DNA of 64,000 nucleotides. Source: Bacteroidales bacterium (lineage in GTDB: Bacteria > Bacteroidota > Bacteroidia > Bacteroidales > FEN-979). The notes under the pieces are model-generated. The model saw only the letters and a list, made by a program, of their open reading frames with translations. It had not been told where the DNA came from and ran no database searches. Location: NCBI GenBank assembly GCA_038244085.1, contig JBBRTX010000001.1, forward strand, positions 74,064 through 138,063, in the 5' to 3' direction. Shown one piece after another: positions 30,387-40,484 of the stretch. Each line of letters opens with the position of its first letter. Positions within the stretch are counted from its first letter, which is position 1. The translations under genes and the position numbers were made by a program.

Positions 30387-31642
30387 CTGTCATCGATCTT
30401 AACCTGATCTTTGATCAGGGTTCTGAATAATAGGGTATTGAAAAACGCAAAAAAGATTACGCCTGCCTGGACCTCAAACATCGATTCCACCAGGATATTA
30501 AATGCGAAAATGGCCAGGAATAAAAAGTAGATATAATCCCCCCTCCATAGGCTGATCCATCCAGGAATAAGTATCATGGCAAGTAAAAATAAAATCCCCG
30601 GAATTCCGATGGCAATAAAAGTCTGTAAAAACTGGGAATGTGCATTCAGCTTTCTTTTCAATACATCCGGATCTTTGTTAGATTTATACTGATTGATCAG
30701 TTCATCTTTTACATCTCCGGTACCTACCCCGAACCATACATGCTGTTGAATGATCTCACCCGCTGCTTTCCAAATTGTAAGTCTTAAGGCCGTGCTCTCC
30801 TTATTATCAACCGGTCCTTCATGAGATGCAACCTGGCTGGCCGTTTTCAGGCGGTCAAAACCTACCGGGAAAATCACGGCAGTTCCCCACACAAGTAGCA
30901 ACGAAGCTCCAAACAAAATGATTCCCCGGAAGTAATTTCGTGAATTCAATGTCCTCGCGATAATTAAAAATGCAAAAACGAAGAGCATGGAAAGTATTCC
31001 CGCCTTTGAACTCAATAAAAAAACAACTATTTCAAAGAAAATAATCATCAGGACAATGAAAAATTTTCGGAAATAATTTATCCTGTTTAAATTTTTTAAG
31101 AAAAAATTAATGAGTATCGCGAGGGCAAAAACATAATACATGGAAAGGTATCCGGGATGAAAGTACCAACTGAGCCTTTCATAATAAAAAACAGAAACAC
31201 TGTGTTCCTGAATATAGTTGACCGTCGCATTCGTCAGAAAAAGCATCATGCTGAGGAGGCATCCTCCAACATAAAATGTTAATATTTCCTCAATATTCAA
31301 TTGCTCAAGTAAATCGGATCCGGAGGTGGCTATGATGAGGGGGAATATCAGCAGAGAAAACTTTACTTCAAGGTCAAAAAACGCATACTCAAAATTGGAA
31401 GTATACAGCAATCCGACCACATAAAGCAAGTAAAACACAGAAAGTGAAAGTGTTATCCATCGTGACTTGTCACTGAACACTCGCCGGAAAGAGGTAAGAT
31501 AATTCCCTTCCACTAACCAGTTCAACACCAGGATTGCGATAACCGGAGGCAGCACCATTCCATAAACAGGAAGGAAAACAGCAATGAGCAGGCATCCATA
31601 TCGAAAAATCTGTTGATGAATTGTTCTTCGGTTAATTTCCAT
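30383..31642 (-). CDS. O-antigen polymerase/ligase-like (Wzy_C family) membrane protein
   Basis: About 10-12 TM segments with a large loop containing HVWFGVGTGD. AT-rich gene. 4-nt overlap with the downstream GT4 gene. Confidence 0.6.
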   Translation of the reverse strand: MEINRRTIHQQIFRYGCLLIAVFLPVYGMVLPPVIAILVLNWLVEGNYLTSFRRVFSDKSRWITLSLSVFYLLYVVGLLYTSNFEYAFFDLEVKFSLLIFPLIIATSGSDLLEQLNIEEILTFYVGGCLLSMMLFLTNATVNYIQEHSVSVFYYERLSWYFHPGYLSMYYVFALAILINFFLKNLNRINYFRKFFIVLMIIFFEIVVFLLSSKAGILSMLFVFAFLIIARTLNSRNYFRGIILFGASLLLVWGTAVIFPVGFDRLKTASQVASHEGPVDNKESTALRLTIWKAAGEIIQQHVWFGVGTGDVKDELINQYKSNKDPDVLKRKLNAHSQFLQTFIAIGIPGILFLLAMILIPGWISLWRGDYIYFLFLAIFAFNILVESMFEVQAGVIFFAFFNTLLFRTLIKDQVKIDDR

Positions 31643-31651
31643 GATTAATAT

Positions 31652-32683
31652 TTATCTTGATGAAGAAATTCTCTTTTTCACCGGAGCACGTCGAAAAATC
31701 ATGAACCAGAAAATGCCTTCGAGATAACCCAATCCATATGACAAATGAAGGATTAAAAAAACATACATCAGGACAGGGATTTCGTGTAATTTTGAAACGC
31801 GTGCCGCAAACCATAAAGAAGAAAAACAATAAGCCAGAAGCCCTGCCAGCCATGGCCACAAAAGCGAAGGTTGAAAAATCGAAGGAATTCCCCCCACCAG
31901 AACCCAAAGTACAAAGATCAAAGGAACCAATTGCCGCCAGGAGGTGATCATATTGTATTTGCGGTTAACAAACACTTTCCAGTACCCATATTGAAAATAT
32001 TGGCGATACAGGTTTTTGAAACTTGCGCGAACCCAATAACTGGAATGTATTTCGTTGGAAAACCAAATTTTATATCCGGAACGATTCACACGGTAATTAA
32101 ATTCATCATCCTGATTCCGTAAAAGTTCTTCATCAAAGAGTCCGCATTTTTCAAAAACTTCTTTTCGATAAGCACCAAATGCCACAGTATCCACATATCC
32201 GTCTATTCCTCCTGTTCTGAAACGTGCATTACCCACGCCGAATGAAGACACCATAGCCTTACCAATCCATTCTGCTTTCCTGTTTTGTGGTGTGCTTATG
32301 ATCTGGCCTCCGACACACCCAACTTCAGGCTTCTCATTGAGGATTTGTATGCATTGCTTGATATAGCCGGGCATCATCACCGAATGGGCTCCCAGAATGA
32401 TTATAACATCGCCGGAAGACTTTTTGATCCCCGTATTTAAAGCTGAAGGTGTATACAGTTCAGGATTATCGATCAGGACAACAGACGGATGATCCATAGA
32501 AAAATGCCGTATAATCTGTCTTGTCCTATCACTACTTATCCCGTCGCTGACGAAAATTTCCAGCAGCTCTTCCGGATAACCATTGAACACCACGGATTTG
32601 AGACAGTCTGCAATATTGTCTTCCTCATTCCTGCATGGAATCACAACTGAGACTTTACTCACTTTCTTACCTTCCTGTGTCAA
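31652..32683 (-). CDS. glycosyltransferase family 2 with C-terminal TM helices
   Basis: VSVVIPCRNEEDNI and DGISSDRT, then a QDDEF-type acidic motif. The ORF-track start is TTG. An in-frame GTG at 32662 would give MSKVSVVIPC, a typical GT2 N-terminus. Confidence 0.8.
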   Translation of the reverse strand: MTQEGKKVSKVSVVIPCRNEEDNIADCLKSVVFNGYPEELLEIFVSDGISSDRTRQIIRHFSMDHPSVVLIDNPELYTPSALNTGIKKSSGDVIIILGAHSVMMPGYIKQCIQILNEKPEVGCVGGQIISTPQNRKAEWIGKAMVSSFGVGNARFRTGGIDGYVDTVAFGAYRKEVFEKCGLFDEELLRNQDDEFNYRVNRSGYKIWFSNEIHSSYWVRASFKNLYRQYFQYGYWKVFVNRKYNMITSWRQLVPLIFVLWVLVGGIPSIFQPSLLWPWLAGLLAYCFSSLWFAARVSKLHEIPVLMYVFLILHLSYGLGYLEGIFWFMIFRRAPVKKRISSSR

Positions 32684-32727
32684 CTTTATACAAATTTATA
32701 TATCGAACAATCAAACATTCGTAATTT

Positions 32728-34062
32728 TTATGCGATCAAATCGTTGCTGATTATCCCGGTTCTCCTTCCCGGATGATAATCCCCGGCAATCTTCCAAATC
32801 CATACAACAACTCCCAGTGAATACAGGCACATGCTGAAGGACAGGATTAAAAAAACAATCCTCACATCCGTAAAGAAAAATTGTCCGGCGATGAATGAAA
32901 GGGCCAGGATACTATTGCCTAAAACCGAAAGACGCATCATGATCCTCGTTTTTCCAATGAGGATGGGCATTTGAGCTATACAATACCTGATGAAATCAAA
33001 GAACATCCAGGGGGAAAGAATTCTTGCATAAACCCCCGCTTCATGCCAGTTTTTTCCGAATACCACTGAAAACAGCCATGGTCCGGCTGTAAGTAAAATG
33101 ACCAGGATGGGTAAGGCCGTCAGCGCAGCCAATTTGATCGTTTTTGAAAGTGAATTTTTCAATGCTTCCGGATTGCTCACTTTTTCTGCAGCCTCCTTCA
33201 TGAAAACCTGAGAAATTGAGGAACCGATCAGCCAGAGTGGGGCCTGTAAAACCCGCATGGAAATTGCATATAAGCCGACTGTTGCCGATGTAAAGAAAAT
33301 ACGACAGAGATAAATAATTCCGTAGATCTGCAAAAGGTCCAGGAGTGCCTGTACGGTATTTGAGGTCGGGAGATCCCTGTATCTGCGAGCCAGCGTTTTC
33401 AAGGAAGACCGGTCGTAAAGAACCGTCTTTGGTCTATCCATCACAAATACTCTCAGTACAAGATAGGAAACAAACAAAATCAGCCCGATGACATTCCCGA
33501 AAACGAGCCCCCAGGCTCCGGCACCGGCCAGACCGAGGAATAATATTAATCCATTATTCGCGAAAGAATTGATAATCTTACTGATAGATATCGTCCTGAA
33601 TCGTTTTTGTCGGACAAGCCAGTTCTGGATTATATTGCTGGTTCCGAGTAATAATACCATCAATGGCAACAGGAAAAAACTGTGTAGCAAAAATGGTTCA
33701 ATATTCCGGTAAGGAGGATAAAAAAACCAAAGCAAAAGAACTACTCCGAATAAGAACAGTGAAAATGAAAGGGCGATTATTCCCGAGAGCACAGAAAGAT
33801 TCACTGCGTCTTTCTCTTTCGGTGGGAAAACGATGGCCAGTTCATATCGCAGCGTTGCGATAAGAACAAATGCCCCGACCAGCGATAGAAAAAAGGAAAA
33901 CGAACCAAAATCCTCCGGACTGTAAAGGCGGGTTATCACAGGAGAGATCAGGATGGTGATCAATTGGGCAATGCCTGTTCCCAATACCAGCTGGAAAGTA
34001 TTCCTGAGAAACTCGGAATCCTTTATTCTTTTAGTTACGTAATGATTTAATCTCATCGACAT
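32728..34062 (-). CDS. Wzx-like oligosaccharide/polysaccharide flippase (MOP superfamily)
   Basis: 444 aa with about 12-14 TM helices. The N-terminal LRNTFQLVLGTGIAQLITILISPVITRLYSPEDFG is typical of polysaccharide biosynthesis flippases. Confidence 0.7.
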   Translation of the reverse strand: MSMRLNHYVTKRIKDSEFLRNTFQLVLGTGIAQLITILISPVITRLYSPEDFGSFSFFLSLVGAFVLIATLRYELAIVFPPKEKDAVNLSVLSGIIALSFSLFLFGVVLLLWFFYPPYRNIEPFLLHSFFLLPLMVLLLGTSNIIQNWLVRQKRFRTISISKIINSFANNGLILFLGLAGAGAWGLVFGNVIGLILFVSYLVLRVFVMDRPKTVLYDRSSLKTLARRYRDLPTSNTVQALLDLLQIYGIIYLCRIFFTSATVGLYAISMRVLQAPLWLIGSSISQVFMKEAAEKVSNPEALKNSLSKTIKLAALTALPILVILLTAGPWLFSVVFGKNWHEAGVYARILSPWMFFDFIRYCIAQMPILIGKTRIMMRLSVLGNSILALSFIAGQFFFTDVRIVFLILSFSMCLYSLGVVVWIWKIAGDYHPGRRTGIISNDLIA

Positions 34063-34113
34063 AAACTAAGGTGGTTGGAATTTCCGGTACAGGGATTCAA
34101 GAAATTTTCGGAT

Positions 34114-35172
34114 TTATTTAGGTTCGGTTTTGAGAAAAAAGGATTTGGGGCGTAAAACTTTATCGAGGACGAAATATTGCGCCAGGGTAAAATCTTTACC
34201 ATCATTTAACAACACATAAAGCCGGTCAAGATCGTATGGTACCGGGTTCCCCATATCATCGGTCTCTTGCAGGGCAGCCGCCTTTCTGAAAGATCTTATC
34301 ATGGTCACTTTGTTGTTGGTGTCAATGAGCGAGATTATACAGTAAGGAACAGATGAGATTATCGAATCTTTCCGTTTCTTATCCATATCATTCAGCAACG
34401 CTTCATAATTCAGATTACGGAATGAAGCAAGAAAATTCATCAATTTCAGGGTATCGTACCGGACGTGCATCCCATCATTCAATGAGATCATCTCGATATT
34501 TTTCATCCGGTTATTGATGACCTGGAAAGAACTCGCCGGATCCCTTGGAAATTCCATCTTAATGGAAACAATTTCGGGAATACTTTTATGGAACAGGGTA
34601 TAGTCGCGCCAGTATTTTTCAATGGGAGTGAATCTGGTGGATACGAAACCCCGCAATCCGGGAAGGAAGACGATATAAGGCACAGAAGAATTATCCATCA
34701 CCATGAAGGTCCCCTGATTATCCTGTGTTGCCGAACCCACAAAGTAAACTTTCGTCAGCTTCTCATGAGGAAAAAGCCTGAACTTATTAAAGAGATCAAT
34801 CCTGTATTTCAGCTGGTATATTTCAACTTTTACTGAATTGGTCGCCATATCCCTGATAATATTATTTCTGGCGGCTTTGGCAACAGGTGATTTCACTTCC
34901 AGCTGCATCACTGTGGAAAGAATCATCTGGATATTGAACTTCTGCGCAGGATACTGATGATCGACGATCCAGTTGCTGGCATCTTTTCTTTCAAGCGTCA
35001 GGGTATTATTATTTTTATCCGACATAAAAATCTTCGTAACTGTCGAAGTATCCTCAACAGCAAAATCACTGACAGCCCGCTTAAAAGTCGTTTTGGAGTT
35101 GGTAAGAATAAGCACAATAGCTATGGTTGCCAGGACAATTACGGCAAGAATATAATACCTGTTTTTTTTCAT
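34114..35172 (-). CDS. DUF4340-like protein (commonly follows gldG)
   Basis: N-terminal anchor MKKNRYYILAVIVLATIAIVLIL. Its ATG overlaps the gldG TGA (ATGA). The call rests mainly on position and topology. Confidence 0.45.
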   Translation of the reverse strand: MKKNRYYILAVIVLATIAIVLILTNSKTTFKRAVSDFAVEDTSTVTKIFMSDKNNNTLTLERKDASNWIVDHQYPAQKFNIQMILSTVMQLEVKSPVAKAARNNIIRDMATNSVKVEIYQLKYRIDLFNKFRLFPHEKLTKVYFVGSATQDNQGTFMVMDNSSVPYIVFLPGLRGFVSTRFTPIEKYWRDYTLFHKSIPEIVSIKMEFPRDPASSFQVINNRMKNIEMISLNDGMHVRYDTLKLMNFLASFRNLNYEALLNDMDKKRKDSIISSVPYCIISLIDTNNKVTMIRSFRKAAALQETDDMGNPVPYDLDRLYVLLNDGKDFTLAQYFVLDKVLRPKSFFLKTEPK

Positions 35173-36947
35173 AGATTTTTAGGTTGAATCCGAGGCTTTG
35201 CAGTTGTAGTGCTGAACTTTCTTTTTCTCATCTGATACTTGACCAATCCGAATATCAGGATCAGCAATAATGGAACGATAAGGTTAACCACTTGCCAGAT
35301 CACCCGTTGATTGTTTATTTTCATGGGATCAAGCTGACGGAGTTTCAGTTCGCGGGATCTTACCATGATCAGTCCTGATTCATCGCAGAGATAATTCATG
35401 GCATTGAGCAGGAAATCTTTGTTTCCGAAAGTCTGCCGGGTCCATTGATCGTAACCAAGCGGTAATACCTGTCCGTCCTTGACCCGGAATTGATTTTTAA
35501 TCACATCTCCATCACTGATGACGATCATTTTCCCGGGTTTGGCGCTCTTCCGCTGAAACTCTATCTCTTTGTTGTCAGCTATTTCAGGAGGAAGCCTGAA
35601 CTGGTAAGCAGAGACAAAATTTCCTTCAAGCAGGACAGCCACATTTTGCGGGCCCTTGTTGTATAATCTTTGATCCGGCTCTTTTTTGAGAATATCCAGG
35701 TCGATATAACAGGGTGCATTTACAGTCCGGGAATAAGGTGAGGTGGTAAGAAGAATGGTTTTCTTTACACCGGTAACTTCTGCCGTATCCAGACTGCTGA
35801 TAAATTCTGTTCTGATTGCATTAAGTCCGTTTACGATTGGATGGTTATTGGACGGAGTAATCACCGGGAAATAATACCAGGGAAAGAATTCGATCTGTGG
35901 CTGATTGCCCACCTGTCCCGTACGTAATGGAATCATCATTGATTTCAAGTCCATGATGAGATTTGCATTCAACCGGACTCCATAGTTGAACAGTATGTCA
36001 TCAAGATTCGTGTTATTGAGGATTCCCATTGTGGCATTTAAACCCTGCAAACTGTCCATACTGGCAAAAACAGGGTCGAGCAGCCAAAGCACCTTGCCTC
36101 CGCGCATAATGAACTGATCGATCAGGAATTTATCCTTTTCATTAAAAGGTTTTACGGGTTTTGCGATAATGATAGCCTTGTACTGATTGACGATTTTTTC
36201 TGCACCTCCTGTTCCTTTCAGCCGGATAGCCAGACTGTTGATCTTATTATCGATGGTCACTCTTTCGACGGTGTAAAATTCAGCAAGCGCCTCTTCAAAA
36301 TCAATTGTCTCAATCCTGGAAAGTTCACCTTGTCCGTCGATGAAGGCGATACGGGGTTTCGTCGAGGTATTCAGCTTTTGAATGGTACTGGCAAGGTTAT
36401 ATTCCAGTGCCTGGATCGATGTATTCAGCACTTTATCAGGATCCTCTCCCAGTTGGGTCATAAGCAGTTGAACCGGAGCCTCCTTACCGCGATAACTGAC
36501 CATGGCACCCGGAAAGATGATGAGTTGCGATGACTGTCCTTTCTTGTTTACGCGTAAATCAGTAGGTTGAAGCCCCCGTTCAATCAACAATTTATAGGCG
36601 TCGTTCCGCTCTTTTGCATTGACATTCTCAGATGGATTGACAAATTCGTACTGGATTTTTTCATTGTAGGCTCTGAATTCATCGAGCATCTCACGTGTTT
36701 CATTGGCCAACCGGGTAAAAGCCGGAGGCAAATCCTCACCTTCCAGGTATACCTTGAAAAAAACCTCATCCTTCAGGTTCTCGACGAGTTTCTTGGTGGC
36801 AGGGGAGAGTGAATAACGCTTTTCTGCCGTGAGATCAAACCTGGTAAAGATAAAAGAGGAGATAATGTTGATAAGAATAAGGATGATAATCCCCAGGGTT
36901 AACTGCAGGATATTGGATCTTTTAATATTTTTTCTCTTATCAGGCAT
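35169..36947 (-). CDS. gldG: gliding-motility-associated ABC transporter accessory protein GldG
   Basis: N-terminal TM followed by FTRFDLTAEKRYSLSPATKKL, the GldG hallmark as I recall it. C-terminal TM. Located downstream of gldF. Confidence 0.75.
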   Translation of the reverse strand: MPDKRKNIKRSNILQLTLGIIILILINIISSFIFTRFDLTAEKRYSLSPATKKLVENLKDEVFFKVYLEGEDLPPAFTRLANETREMLDEFRAYNEKIQYEFVNPSENVNAKERNDAYKLLIERGLQPTDLRVNKKGQSSQLIIFPGAMVSYRGKEAPVQLLMTQLGEDPDKVLNTSIQALEYNLASTIQKLNTSTKPRIAFIDGQGELSRIETIDFEEALAEFYTVERVTIDNKINSLAIRLKGTGGAEKIVNQYKAIIIAKPVKPFNEKDKFLIDQFIMRGGKVLWLLDPVFASMDSLQGLNATMGILNNTNLDDILFNYGVRLNANLIMDLKSMMIPLRTGQVGNQPQIEFFPWYYFPVITPSNNHPIVNGLNAIRTEFISSLDTAEVTGVKKTILLTTSPYSRTVNAPCYIDLDILKKEPDQRLYNKGPQNVAVLLEGNFVSAYQFRLPPEIADNKEIEFQRKSAKPGKMIVISDGDVIKNQFRVKDGQVLPLGYDQWTRQTFGNKDFLLNAMNYLCDESGLIMVRSRELKLRQLDPMKINNQRVIWQVVNLIVPLLLILIFGLVKYQMRKRKFSTTTAKPRIQPKNL

Positions 36948-37004
36948 TGAGTGATCAGGAATTAGCGATTAGGGATTGTTTGGTTAAATTCACTTTACAA
37001 GGTT

Positions 37005-37736
37005 CTACCATTTTCTGCTTTCCAGAGAGATCTTGGTGAGGAGGATAAACAAGCCTGTCAGGCTCAGGAAATAAATCAGGTCCCTTGTATCAATAACACC
37101 ACGGCTCATCGATGAATAATGGGCACTAATTCCCAGCGACTGCACCAATAATCCGGTTTTCCCGGAAAAAATGAATGTGTAAATAAACTCAAAACCCAGA
37201 TAAAAGAACCCGCATAAAAAAACCGCAATAATAAAAGAGATGATCTGGTTATCGGTGATAGAGGAGGAAAATATCCCGATGGCGACAAATGCCGCCGCCA
37301 GGAAAAACAAACCGGCGTAGGAGCCCCACATGCTCCCCATGTCAAGGTTGCCGGGAGGAAAGCCCAACCGGTAAACAGAAAAGAAATAAACCAGGGTGGG
37401 GAGGAGCGAAAACAGGACCAGTACCACGCCGGCAAAATATTTAGCCATGATGACATGCAGATCCGAAAGTGGCTGGGTCATCAGCAATTCAAGCGTTCCA
37501 CTCTTTTTTTCATCGGCAAAGGAACGCATCGTGATGGCCGGAATCAGAAAAAGAAAAACAAACGGTGCAAGAAGGAAAAGTCCATCCATACTGGCATACC
37601 CGAATTCAAGTATATTGAACTGCAATGGCAGCACCCAGAGAAACAGACCGATCACAAGTAGAAAAACGGTTATCACGATGTACCCGATCAGGGAATTCAG
37701 GAACCCGTTGATTTCTTTAATAAAAAGGGTGAACAT
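37005..37736 (-). CDS. gldF: gliding-motility-associated ABC transporter permease GldF
   Basis: MFTLFIKEINGFLNSLIGYIVITVFLLVIGLFLW matches the conserved GldF N-terminus. ABC-2 type permease with 6 TM helices, 243 aa. Confidence 0.75.
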   Translation of the reverse strand: MFTLFIKEINGFLNSLIGYIVITVFLLVIGLFLWVLPLQFNILEFGYASMDGLFLLAPFVFLFLIPAITMRSFADEKKSGTLELLMTQPLSDLHVIMAKYFAGVVLVLFSLLPTLVYFFSVYRLGFPPGNLDMGSMWGSYAGLFFLAAAFVAIGIFSSSITDNQIISFIIAVFLCGFFYLGFEFIYTFIFSGKTGLLVQSLGISAHYSSMSRGVIDTRDLIYFLSLTGLFILLTKISLESRKW

Positions 37737-37779
37737 GGGGGTTTTTTGAATAAGCCTGCAAAATTACAGATTTATTGCT

Positions 37780-39231
37780 TTAATCTTCAACAAAAAATTT
37801 GTTCTCAAAGTTCACCAGAAAAACCTTCTTTGTTGCCCTGGTAACAGCAGTATATAACCAGCGGAGGTATTCAAGGTTCATCATTTTTTCACTCAGGTAA
37901 CCCTGGTCAACAAATACCGTTTCCCATTGTCCACCCTGGGTTTTGTGACAAGTAAGTGCATAGGAGAATTTCACCTGAAGGGCGTTGAAAAACGGGTTAA
38001 CCTTCACCTTCTCAATACGACTTCTTCTTGAAGATAAATCCTCATAATCTTTCATCACCTCATTGAAAAGGCGGTTATTGTCGATCTGTGTCAGTGCAGG
38101 CGATTCAGCCATAATGGTATCCAGGAGGATCTTTACGTCAAGTTCTTTTTCCTCCGGATAATCGATAAACCGGATCGTGATATCCGCGAAACGGAAGCCA
38201 TACATCTCTTCAATCTTACGGATACGAAGAATTTCAACGATATCACCATTGGCGATGAAGCCCGCCGTTGAAAGCTCAGGTAACCAGAAATAATTATTCT
38301 TGACCACCATCATATAATCGCCTGTATTGATCTCCTCTTCCAGGAAAAGGATTCTTTTTCGGATTTCACAGTTAAAGATATTGGCTCTTTTATTTGAACG
38401 GCAGACGACGACGTTGTTTTCGCGGTTATTCCCCGAATAAGCCGTATTCAGTGCATCCTCAAGATCCGTTCCCGATAGCCGGATGATGTCCTTGAATTTC
38501 GACACGGAAAAAAGCGGTAAACGCCATTCCTCGCGGTTGACCTGGTTTCTGACAAGGGTTGCATTGACCAGAATTCCCGACTGCCGGGCCTGTCTTACTA
38601 CTTCTGTAAGCTCGTGGGTATCCAGTTCCAGGTGATAAGCGCTTTTTAAATATTCCAGGTCAAGCCCGGGGCTGTGGTCCAGCCCTACCGGGGGTAACTG
38701 CGCGGTGTCGCCGATAAAAAGCACTTTATTTCCCTCCCCACTGAAAATATACTGAAACAGGTCATCCAGAAGGTTTCTTTTGGAAAAGAGGCTCGTATCC
38801 GACAAAGTCGAATTCTGGATCATAGATGCCTCGTCAACAATAAAAAGGGTCTGTTTATGAAGATTTTTCTGAAGACGCAAGGAAATTACGCCTTCCCGTG
38901 TGGTTATCGCAAAATAGATTTTCCGGTGAATGGTATGGGCAGGCTTCTTTGCATAACCCGCCAGCACTTTTGCCGCACGACCTGTAGGAGCAAGCAATAC
39001 TGCTTTCTTGTGAATTCTTGGCAAAACGTTGGAAAGGGAAGTCACAATGGTGGTCTTCCCGGTACCGGCATATCCTTTCAGAACAAAAAGCGACGGTTTG
39101 TCATCCCAGGTTTCAGACAGAAAAGTTGCAAGCTTTTTGATCACCTGGTGCTGACCGGGTGTCGGATCGTAGGGAAATTCCTCCAGGAGCAGGGAGGTTA
39201 TGGCAACGGGATCTCTGGCGGTATCACTCAT
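37780..39231 (-). CDS. RecD/TraA-like superfamily 1 ATP-dependent DNA helicase
   Basis: Walker A GYAGTGKTT and Walker B LFIVDEASM. C-terminal UvrD_C-like YALTCHKTQGGQW. The ORF-track start at 39255 is TTG, so I use the ATG at 39231, which removes the overlap with the upstream gene. Confidence 0.75.
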   Translation of the reverse strand: MSDTARDPVAITSLLLEEFPYDPTPGQHQVIKKLATFLSETWDDKPSLFVLKGYAGTGKTTIVTSLSNVLPRIHKKAVLLAPTGRAAKVLAGYAKKPAHTIHRKIYFAITTREGVISLRLQKNLHKQTLFIVDEASMIQNSTLSDTSLFSKRNLLDDLFQYIFSGEGNKVLFIGDTAQLPPVGLDHSPGLDLEYLKSAYHLELDTHELTEVVRQARQSGILVNATLVRNQVNREEWRLPLFSVSKFKDIIRLSGTDLEDALNTAYSGNNRENNVVVCRSNKRANIFNCEIRKRILFLEEEINTGDYMMVVKNNYFWLPELSTAGFIANGDIVEILRIRKIEEMYGFRFADITIRFIDYPEEKELDVKILLDTIMAESPALTQIDNNRLFNEVMKDYEDLSSRRSRIEKVKVNPFFNALQVKFSYALTCHKTQGGQWETVFVDQGYLSEKMMNLEYLRWLYTAVTRATKKVFLVNFENKFFVED

Positions 39232-40471
39232 ACCGCAATGACTCGATCGGATCAAGATTGGCCGCTTTTCTTGCCGGTATGATCCCCGATAGAAGCGCTA
39301 CAAAAAAACAGAGAACCACCCCGGTGAAAATCCATACCCAGGGAATGATAAAGATGCTTCCGATCATTAGTGAAATCGAATTTCCGATGAGAATGCCCAA
39401 TACAATTCCTAAAGCGCCGCCCAATTGCCCGATGACCACAGCTTCGGCCAGAAACTGATTCCTGATAATGTTCCTGGTCGCTCCGGTGGCTTTCCGGATC
39501 CCGATTTCACGGGTTCTTTCCGTAACCGAAACCAGCATGATATTCATCAGTCCGATCGCAGCCCCCAATAGAGTAATAAACCCGATAATGGTGGCTGCAT
39601 AAGTCACATATTTAATATTTTCGATCAGCATTTTGGCGATGTTGTCGCTCTTTGTGATCTCAAAAGTATTATCCGTTCCGACGGGATCCTGGCGGATGGT
39701 CCGCAGTAAACCGGTCGCTTCCCCAATTGCCGGATCCATCATCGACTGGTCGTTGGCCATAACATTGAGGTTGAAGGACATATTCGGCCTTGAAAAATAA
39801 GCCCTTACATTGGTGAGCGGTACAAGACAGGAACGGTCGCCACTAAAGCCCATGCTGGACCCCTTTTCCTTCAACACGCCTACAATCCTGTATTTTCCGG
39901 AACCGATGGAAATGAGTTGCCCGATCGGATCCTCTTTATGCTTGAAAAGATCTTTGACAATATCAGAACCAACGATGCAAACACTATTGCCGTACATCAC
40001 TTCTTCTTTGGTGAAAACCCGGCCTTTTTCAATCTCATCACCGGATGTGATGTTATAATTTTCATCTGTTCCTATCACACGGACGTTAGGATTGGTCTTG
40101 TAAGTCGAAAATTTCAGGGTAGCTGTTCCAGAGCCAAATACAAATACGGATGTCGTTCCCGGGAAAGAGAATTTTTCCTTGAATTTAGTGGCCTGCTGAA
40201 AGGTAATCGGTTCGTATAACCTTGGTTTATTCCTTTCTCCACCACCAATATGAACCTGCATGCTACGGTTCCTGACCGTGAAGGTATTGGACCCCATCAT
40301 CGAGAAATTCTGTGTCAGATAATATTTGATGGAATCGGTGGCCGTAAGAATTCCTACCAAGGCCATGATGCCAAAAGCAATGATCAGGATCGTAAGTATG
40401 GTCCGAAGCAGATGAGTCCGGATGGAGTTCAGGGAAATTCGGAGATTCTCAGTAACTATGGTTTTTGCCAT
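39224..40471 (-). CDS. ABC transporter permease, MacB/FtsX family
   Basis: N-terminal TM, a large periplasmic domain, and a C-terminal FtsX 3-TM bundle with TREIGIRKATGAT. The start is set at MAKTIVTENLRISL (ATG 40471). Confidence 0.8.
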   Translation of the reverse strand: MAKTIVTENLRISLNSIRTHLLRTILTILIIAFGIMALVGILTATDSIKYYLTQNFSMMGSNTFTVRNRSMQVHIGGGERNKPRLYEPITFQQATKFKEKFSFPGTTSVFVFGSGTATLKFSTYKTNPNVRVIGTDENYNITSGDEIEKGRVFTKEEVMYGNSVCIVGSDIVKDLFKHKEDPIGQLISIGSGKYRIVGVLKEKGSSMGFSGDRSCLVPLTNVRAYFSRPNMSFNLNVMANDQSMMDPAIGEATGLLRTIRQDPVGTDNTFEITKSDNIAKMLIENIKYVTYAATIIGFITLLGAAIGLMNIMLVSVTERTREIGIRKATGATRNIIRNQFLAEAVVIGQLGGALGIVLGILIGNSISLMIGSIFIIPWVWIFTGVVLCFFVALLSGIIPARKAANLDPIESLRYE

Positions 40472-40484
40472 TCGTTTAGTATTT

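Noticed and set aside
35162-35169. A8/T8 tract at the start of the DUF4340-like gene as a phase-variation switch. Similar A/T runs occur at 8183-8191, 29255-29262 and 49865-49872.
   Set aside because: The tract encodes the Lys-rich n-region of a signal anchor (MKKN), or the run lies in an intergenic or terminator context. At 8 nt these are short, common in AT-rich Bacteroidota, and give no evidence of variation from a single sequence.
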